A DNA stretch of 64,000 nucleotides from contig CBDBLV010000004.1 in NCBI GenBank assembly GCA_965207225.1, positions 800,001 to 864,000 on the forward strand, read 5' to 3'. The DNA is from Dehalococcoidia bacterium. GTDB taxonomy: Bacteria > Chloroflexota > Dehalococcoidia > Plut-88900. The notes beneath the pieces are model-generated. The model did not search any database, was not told the origin of the DNA, and worked only from the letters and a program-made list of their open reading frames with translations. Shown here in pieces: positions 10,240 to 18,900 of the stretch; positions within the stretch are counted from its first letter, which is position 1, and each line of letters opens with the position of its first letter. A program made the position numbers and the translations under genes.

Positions 10240-10508
10240 ACACGGAGAAGATGAGCATGAACGATATGAGCGACTACACACCGGTGGCCCTGTACGCCAG
10301 GGTCTCCAGCGACAGACAGGACGTTGACCTGTCGGTGGCTGCGCAGCTGCGCGCGCTCAGGGACTACGCCGAGAAGAACGGCTACATAGTCGCCCGCGAG
10401 TACGTGGACGAGGCCGAGAGCGGACGCATCGCCGATAGACCGCAGTTCCGTAAGATGCTGGACGAGGCCAGCAAGTCGGAGGCTCCCTTCAAGGAGATAC
10501 TCATATGA
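10236..10508 (+). pseudogene. Truncated large serine recombinase (N-terminal catalytic part only)
   Basis: VALYARVSSDRQ..SVAAQL..YVDEAESG..DRPQF; ends abruptly before the VxxxxRFxR motif. Confidence 0.88.
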
Positions 10509-10824
10509 AAGACACAATAGCAACGGAAAATTCAGGTACTCATGGACGGTGGGGCTGGGGAGCTTCAAACCTTATGGTAGGTGATGAATCGCCGATCGAG
10601 CAGGAGCAGGACGGTAGATGGCATTGTCTGCAAGATGTGGCTGGGGATCGTTGGACTGTCTGCCTCGTCCTGCAAACGACTGCGCCCGGTCCTTTCCGCG
10701 CGCTGGACAGGTGTAGTAGAATGTGGCGCGTAACAGAATACCTTGTTGGAGGGGCCGAGGAGTGGATGCGCCGGTCCGGTTGGCCGGAGTCGGCGCAGGC
10801 TCCGGGCCAATTGTCGGGTGAGAT

Positions 10825-11535
10825 ATGACGACGCCAGACACGACATTTGCCAGGAAGCCGGGTGTTCGGGGAACCTTCGTGTTTCCGGACCCGCCGGAAG
10901 ACCCGGACGACAAGATGACCAGCTTTGACCATCTGACGATTACGGGCACGGCCCATTCCCTGGCGGTACACTTGGGCAACCGTGAGACGACGCTGGTGGC
11001 CGGGGAGCACTACCTGGCGCTGGCTCCCACTCGAAGCCTGGCCGGGGTGCGCTATCCCGACCTGCTGGTGGCCTTCGGGGTGGACCCGGAAGCCTACCGC
11101 AGGAGCAACGCCTACGTGATCTCGGAGCAGGGGAAGCCGCCGGACTTCGTGCTGGAGATAGTCTCGCCAAGCAGCGGACGGACGGACCGAGTGGAGAAGC
11201 GTGTTGACTACGCGGCTCTGGGCATCCCCGAATACTGGCGGTTCGACGAGAGAGGGCGAGTTTCCGAGGAGCGATTGGCCGGAGACCGGCTGGTTGAGGG
11301 CGCGTACGTTGCGGTGGAGATAGAGGAGCTGCCCAACGGAAGCCTCCAGGGATACAGTGCCGTGTTGGGCCTGAATCTGCGATGGTCGGATGGTGAGCTG
11401 CTGTTCTACGACCCCGCCACCGGGGAGCCCATCGCCACGTTTGAGAGTGAACGAGTCCGTGCCGACACAGAGCAAGCCCGCGCCGAGGCTGCCGAGGCCC
11501 GAGTCAGGGAGTTGGAGGAGCGGCTGCGTCGCTAG
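10825..11535 (+). CDS. Uma2 family (DUF820) endonuclease-like protein
   Basis: YPDLLV, GKPPDFVLEIVSPS, YAALGIPEYWRFD and a C-terminal coiled tail. Confidence 0.9.
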   Translation: MTTPDTTFARKPGVRGTFVFPDPPEDPDDKMTSFDHLTITGTAHSLAVHLGNRETTLVAGEHYLALAPTRSLAGVRYPDLLVAFGVDPEAYRRSNAYVISEQGKPPDFVLEIVSPSSGRTDRVEKRVDYAALGIPEYWRFDERGRVSEERLAGDRLVEGAYVAVEIEELPNGSLQGYSAVLGLNLRWSDGELLFYDPATGEPIATFESERVRADTEQARAEAAEARVRELEERLRR

Positions 11536-11611
11536 GGAGCGTAGCCTCGCCGGCAGACCGGTAGGGCAAGGAATACCAGGCAAAAGTTCGCCCACCGCAG
11601 CGGTGCCGCTA

Positions 11612-12832
11612 CAGGGCAATCGCATCTTATTGAGCAAGGACCTTGAGTAGGTAGTCATTGTCCCAGGCGGCGTCTTTTCGCTTACCGGCGAGGCTGCGCT
11701 TGGTGGACTTTTCGGCCTTGAGCAGATTCAGAGCCATGCGGCGCAGCACGGAGAAGTTCTCGGCCCCGTCCGCTACGCACCCGGCTCCCGTCCTCATTGA
11801 ACGTCACGTCCAGCGACCAGTGCAACTGGTTTTCTATACTCCAGTGACTGCGCACCGCGCTGAGTAAGGCACTCGCATCGTTGGGCAGGCTCGATATGTA
11901 GTAGCGCGACTCCATCGTCGTCTTGTCTCCTATGCGTCGCTCACCTTCCACCATCGCCAGCGTAGTCAGCCCCGGCCATCGCCTGTACTCATCGACGTAT
12001 CTGACGTTGCCGAGGTCAGACACCGTCCAGCAGCGGCGCGTCTCGACTCGTCCATGACCAGCATCCACCGTCTCGTGGTAGTCGTGGTCTATGTCGTCGA
12101 AGCAGGAGTTGCGGATGAGGTCGAAGACATCGACCACTCCCTCGTGCAGGAGTACCTGGTTTCTCTTGACCGCCAGCACGTAGTCGGCTTCCTCCTCCAG
12201 TATCTTCGATGCAATCTCCCTCTGGCAGCCCATGGCATCTATCGTCACGATGCATCCCTCGACCGCGAGCATCTCAAGCAACCGGGGTATCGCCGTGATC
12301 TCGTTGGAGCGTCGGTCCACACTGGTCTGCCCGAGCGTCACGCCGCTCGCACAGGCCCAAGCACTGACCATGTGGATAGCGCCCTTCCCTACGTATCGAT
12401 CGTGCGAGCGTCGCACCGCCTTGCCGTCTATGGCCACCACATCACCTTGCAGAACCTCACTGACTGCCAGCACCCACTCGGTGAAACAGCGCTCGAACTG
12501 CTCAGCGTCCAGCTTGGCGAACACCCTGCCGAAGGTGTCGTGCGAGGGAATGCCGTTGGGCAGTTCCAGCATACTGCGCAACCATCCTTCCTTGCGCCTG
12601 CCGAACGCTTCCACGTCTACCCAACTGTCCGCTTCCGCTATGGCGCCGCAGAGCGCAATAGTAAGAATGTCGATCAACTCGTGGCGTTTGGTTCGGTCTA
12701 TACGCGGGTCATCGAGGCTGCTAAAATGCTCCGTAAGCGAAGCAGGGCTACTATTGTCCATCGGCCAATCTCCTTATGAGACTGACCCCAATTTTATACT
12801 CTGCCTAAACTAATTTAGATGCGATTGCCCTG
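11612..12832 (-). mobile_element. ISAs1-family insertion sequence
   Basis: Perfect 16-bp terminal IR CAGGGCAATCGCATCT; no obvious target duplication. Confidence 0.92.
11627..12761 (-). pseudogene. ISAs1 transposase with a 1-nt frameshift near 11765
   Basis: DPR..KRH, PSHDTF, IDGK, DAMGCQ and HWSIENQLHW.LDV motifs. The C-terminus AENFSVLRRMALNLL is in another frame. Confidence 0.88.
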
Positions 12833-12978
12833 GGCGTTGATCTTGACAACGAACCCCAGATTGGCGGATGATATACACTGGCCGCTTGCGACATATATTG
12901 ACATGAGCTAGAAATACTACTGATCCAGCGCCCGCAGGCGTCGCGGCATAAGTCGGGCGACACAGGAGGTTCGACGAC

Positions 12979-15900
12979 ATGACCAACGCGCTGCGGAGCT
13001 TCACCCCCCCCCCCCCCCGCATTTCGTGGGGGTTCTCTCTCATGAGGCGCCCTGGGATTGCGCTTCTCGCCCTCGCGCTGCTGGCGGTGGTGTTCGCGGC
13101 GACGCCGGCGGAGCAGGCTAACGCGCAGACCGCGCAGACCTTCGTCAGCAACACCGGCCAGGCAGACGGGGCTGCTACATCTCTGTCCAATGACTACGCC
13201 CACGCCTTCACCACCGGCAGCAACCCGGGTGGGTACTCCCTGACCAGCGTCGCCGTGGAATTCGCCTCTATCCACAGCGGCTTCAGCTCTTCATCCCTCA
13301 CCGCCAGCATCCACACCGACTCCAGCGGGTCTCCGGGCAGCTCCCTCGGGACCCTGACCAAGCCCGCCAGCTTTCCCGTCTCCAGCTCGGACCAGACGCT
13401 GGCCTTCACCAGCGCGGGCATCGACCTTGCGGCGAGTACCACCTACTTCCTAGTGATTGACATTAGCAGTGGTGAGCCCTTTTCGAATCTGCGCTTGACG
13501 ACTTCGGACGCCGAGGACAGCGGAGCCCTGGCCGGTTGGAGCATCAGCGACGGCACTTTGTTTAGAGCATTTTCCTCAACAGCCGCATGGACCACCAGCA
13601 CGTCATCACCGAAACTCAGCCTCGGCGGCGTCAGCAAGCCTTTCCTGGTTTCGAACTTCGGGCAGGCGGACGGCGGCACCGGCAATTTCGTCCAGCACGA
13701 CCACGCCCAGGCGTTCACGACGGGCGCCAACGCCGGCGGGTACACCCTGACGGGCGTCGACTTCTCGTTTCCGCAAATCAACGACGGCGGGCTGGCGGGG
13801 AAGCTGGCTGCCGAGATCAGAAGCGACAGCAGCGGAGCGCCGGGCGCGGTGGTCGCCACCCTGACCAAGCCCGGCACGATTGCCGCCGGCACGAACAGCT
13901 TCACGCACTCGGGCGTGGCGCTCGCGGCGAACACCACGTACTGGGCGGTGCTGGACGTCACCCTGGTCCTGTTGCCCGGCGCCAACACCATCCAGAACAC
14001 CGGGTCGGACGCCGAGGACGCCGGCGGCGCGGACGGCTGGACCATCGCCGACGACGGCCACTACCGGACCTGGAACACCTCGGGCGCCTGGACCTCGTTC
14101 AGCCAGTCCCGCAAGATGACCATCCACGGCACGGCCGTCGAGACGGTCGAGACGGAGACCTTCGTCGCCAACACCGGCCAGGCGGACGGAGGCACCTCGT
14201 TTCTGGGCAATGACTTCCACCAGGCCTTCACCACCGGCTCCAACGGCTTCGGCTACAGCCTGCACAGCGTCGACGTGGAGTTCTCCACCATCGACAGCGC
14301 CTTCAGTTCCTCGGCGCTGACCGCCAGCATCCACGCCGCCTCCGGCGGGTCTCCGGGCAGCTCGCTGGGGACCCTGACCAACCCCGCCAGCTTCCCCGCC
14401 TCCACCTCGGACCAGACGCTGACCTTCACCAGCAGCGCGGGCATCGACCTTGAGGGGAGCGCCACCTACTTCCTGGTGATCGACATGGACGCTGGCCAGG
14501 GTTCTTCGAGGGTACGCCTGACGGGTTCGGACGCCGAGGACGGCGGGGGCCTGGCCGGCTGGAGCATCGCCGACGGCGCCGGGACGAGAACGGCTTCCTC
14601 GACGGGCGCGTGGACCCCCAACGTATCATCACTGAAGATCAGCCTCGACGGCGTCAGCAAGCCGGAGCCGCCGCGGGTGAGCATCCTTGGCGACGGCGCC
14701 GTCACCGAGGGCGTCAGCGCCAGCTTCACGCTGAGGGCGGTCCCGGCGCCCACGGCAGACCTGCCGGTGAGCGTCACGGTGACCACGACCGGCGACTTCG
14801 GGTACGGGACCCTGCCCACCAGCGTCACCATCCCGGCCACCGGGTCGGCGACGCTGGAGATCCCCACCACCGGCGACGACGTGGACGAAGCCCACGGCTC
14901 GGTCACGGTGACCCTGGTGGACGGGTCGGACTACGACCTGGCCACGTCGCTGGGGACGGCGACGGTCCGGGTGCGGGACGACGACCCGCCGCTGGTGAAG
15001 AACATCGGCCAGTCGAGCGGCCTGGTGCAGGGCATGCACGTGGACCTGGCGCAGGGTTTCGACACCGGCGGCAACCCCTCGGGGTACACCCTGACCAGCG
15101 TGGACGTGGCCTTCAACCGGTCCACCGAGGACTTCGGCTCCAAGCTGACGGTCACCGTCCACAAGGGTGCCAACGGGGCTCCCGGCACGGTCGTCGGGAC
15201 CCTGGCCAATCCCGCCTTCGTGAACCGGCAGGCCGGCACGTACAGCTTCACGCACCCGGGCGTCGCGCTCGAGGCGGACACCCGCTACTGGGTCGTGCTG
15301 GATGCAACCGGACTCACGGAAGGCAACAGCCAGGTAAAGTTCACGCAGAGCAACTCCGAGGACGCGGGCGCGGCGCCCGGCTGGAGCATCAACAACGACG
15401 CTCGCATCCGCGCGCAGGGGGGCGGCAACTGGATCACCCTGGTCGGCGGCTCCACTCTGTCCATGGGAGTCAACGGCCGGCTGCTGCCCCACGCGGACGG
15501 TTCCTACACCGTGCCCCTGGACTGGCCGCTGAAGCCGCTCGGTCTGGGCGCGGGCGAGACGTTCCGGCTGCTGTTCATCACCGACGACTGGCGCGACGCC
15601 TCCGCCACCGACATCGCCGACTACGACGCCCACGTGCGGGACGCCGCCTTAGGGGGGCACGCCGACATCCGGCGCTACGGCGACCAGTTCCGGGTGGTAG
15701 GCTCCACCGCCGCGGTGGACGCCCGCGACCACACCCGGACCAATCCCAACGAAGCCGGGCACCCGGACGTACCCATCTACTGGCTGAACGGCGAGCTCGT
15801 CGCGGCGAACAACGCCGGCTTCTGGTCCGACACCTGGGAGAACTGGGCGCAGGCGGACCGCCGCTTTGAGAGCGGCAGGCGGGACACCGACGCGGACTGG

Positions 15901-18900
15901 CCGTGGACCGGCACCCGCACCGACGGTGCGAAGGAGGCGAACCCTCTGGGCGCCAGCAACGCCCGGCGCGGACGGTTCTCGACCACCGACGCGGACACCG
16001 GCCCCATCAGCTACAACACCGTCGCCAGCACCCAAGACCACGCGTTCTACGGCATCTCGCCCCTGTTCCGGGTGGAGCCCACGCCGGTGAACGCGCCGCC
16101 CGGTGAGCCGGCGGTGATGAGCAACCTGGGCCAGGCGGACGGCGCGGCGTTGACCGTGACGACTGCCGGTACCGTACGTGACCGCGCGCAGTCGTTCACG
16201 ACGGGCAGGAACGGCGGCCACTACCGCCTCAACAGCGTCGACGTCGAGTTTGCCGAGATCGGCGACTCCGACGCCGCCCGTGATCTGAGGGTACAGATCT
16301 GGGCCGGCTCCGGCGGCTCGCCGGGCAGTACCGCCGCCGACGTCCTGGCCGATCTGGCGCGCCCCTCCATGCCGGTGGGCAGCGCCGACCGGACCTTCAC
16401 CTTCACCTACCAGGGCGACGACGGTTCGGGGCTGCGGCTGGAGCCGAACACCACCTACTGGGTGTACGTATACGACGCGTCCGCGCAGCCCAACAGCAGG
16501 TACACCCTTCGCGCCACCGCGTCGAACTCCGAGCGCCTGCAGGGCCTGCGCCTGCCCGAGGGCTGGAGCATCGGCGACGGCCACAGTTCCTGGTCGCTCT
16601 ACCCCAACCCCGCCGTCTCCTGGAGCACCCACTCCGAGGCGCTCAAGATCGGCCTGAACCTGGGGGCCGCCGACGCCTTCGTGCAGTTCCGCACCTGCGC
16701 GGGCACGGTCTCGGGCAACGACTGCGACACGGGCTGGGTGATCGCCAACTACAACAGGCACGACCCGCCGCCGACGATCACGCTGACCGAGGGCGGCCCG
16801 GCGGTGACCTACCAGTGGCAGGCGGTGGACCCCCACGAGCGCCGGCACTTCTACGTCGCCAGCCAGGTGGCTGAGCCGCTCAGCCACTTCGGCGGCTACA
16901 TCGGGCCGGGCAAACCGGACCGGGACCGGCTGATGTGCCACACCGGGAGCCGCAGCCCCTACAACCTGGGCGACCCCATCGTCGAAGGGCTTGGCCGGGA
17001 TGGGATACATTTCGGCTACGGCAGCACCGCCGGCCCGCTGCTGGACCGGCACGACGGCTGCCCCTTCTCGTCGCAGTCCGTCTACGAGAGCGACGCCAAC
17101 AAGTGGCGTCCGGTGAGCCTCGCCGCCGGCCAGGACAGCGACGCCTTCGACCACGGGACGTTCCTGATCCACCGGCCCCACGCCGTCGGCCACAACTTCT
17201 ATGAAAATGGCGTGCTGTACCAGGTGGAAGGCTTCGACTACCCCGAGGTGCGGGTGCCGCTCATCATCAGGGACGACGACCAGTGGGAGCAGACCCTGGA
17301 GTTCTCCATCGACGACGGGACCACCTGGACCTCCATCGAGGACGGCGGGCTCAATCTGGCCTTCCCGGCCTCGCTGAACACCGGGCGCAAGGCGCACTAC
17401 TTCTGGGTGCGGACGAAGAACGACCCGCCGGCGGACCAGGACAAGCGCTTCTCCATCAGCGCCGACTTCGCCAAGCCGCTGTTGCGCAGCGGCACGTCGG
17501 AGTACTTCCGGTCCCACCGGGTCTGGTTCACCAGCCCCGCCGCATCGCACCTGCACACCTTCAGAACTGACTCTGCCGTCAGCGCCGGCTCGGTCACGGT
17601 CAGCCGCACGCCGGTCCAGGTCGACATCCACGTCGGCGCCAACGTGGTCGGCAACGTGACCTTCCAGGTCGAGGGCTACAAGCTGTACGAGCGCAGCGAC
17701 AACCAGGTCTCGACGGAGACGCCGCCGAAGACGGTGCGCACCGACAGCTTCAGCTTCCACCGCACGCTGGGCTCCTGCGTGGGCTGCCAGCGGCTGCTGG
17801 GCGACCTGCCGGACCCGGTGGTGGAGCGCGTGGGCGACCTGAGCTACGCCAACCTGTCCGACACGGGCATCGACCTGAGCTGGCCGCAGGTGGTCGGCGC
17901 CGAGGGATACGAGGTGCGCTACTGGTCCACCACGTCGCCCTTCCCCGGCGTCCCGGCCGACGAGGCCTGGTTCGGGGCCGAGCCCAACGACCCGGCCTGG
18001 AACATCCGCCACCTGGAGCCGGACACCGAGTACCGGGCGGTGGTCTACTACGCCGACCACGGCGCGACGCAGCTGAGCACCGCCAGCCCGGTGATCCGCT
18101 TCACCACGCTTGCGGCGGGCTCGCCGGTGGAGGCGGAGCCCACGTCGGTGATCGTGGAGCGGGTGCCCGAGGTGTCGATCAGCGCCGCCGGCGGGACGAT
18201 CACCGAGGGCGAGGACGCGGTCTACACGGTCACCGTGAACCCCGCGCCCGACGCGCCGCTGGACGTCAGGGTGGGCGTGGCCGGCCCCGGCTCCGTGGTC
18301 GCCGCCCAGCACCTGGGCGAGCGCACGGTCAACGTGCCCACCGGCGGCAGCGTCTCGTTCACCATCCCCACCGTCGACGACACCGGTTGGGGCTCCAACG
18401 GGATGCTCGGCGCGACGGTGCAGTTCGGCGAGGGCTACCGGCTGAACAGGTTCAGGAGCTACGCCTCGGTCTACGTCGCCAACAACGACCTCCCGCCGCC
18501 GCCGCCGGTGCAGCTCAAGCGCGTCTCCGACACCACGGCGACCGTCGCCTGGAAGCCGCAGGGGGACGGCGCGTCCTACCTGGTCGTCTGGCACGAGAGC
18601 TTCACGGGCGTCCCGGTCCTGACGGAAGTCACGACCACCGCGACCGAGCACCAGCTCACCGGCCTTAATCCGCAGTCGCATTACGTGGTCTCCGTCCTTC
18701 ACGGGACGACCCAGCTGGACAAGATCACCGTGCGGACCCTGGCCGCCGGCGCGACGCCGAAGACCTTCACGGTGGACTTCGAGACGCCCGCGCCCAACAC
18801 GTCCGTGCCGGTGATCAGCGTGACCGCCGACGGCAACGTGACCGAGGGCGGGGACGCGACCTTCACGGTCAGCGCCAACCCGGCGCCGGCTGCGGACCTG

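Noticed and set aside
10505-10828. Possible continuation of the serine recombinase
   Set aside because: No recombinase or zinc-ribbon motifs in the listed frames; this looks like a truncation junction.
11755-11775. Programmed frameshift in the ISAs1 transposase
   Set aside because: ISAs1 transposases are normally single ORFs; a 1-nt loss in a G run is more likely mutation or sequencing error.
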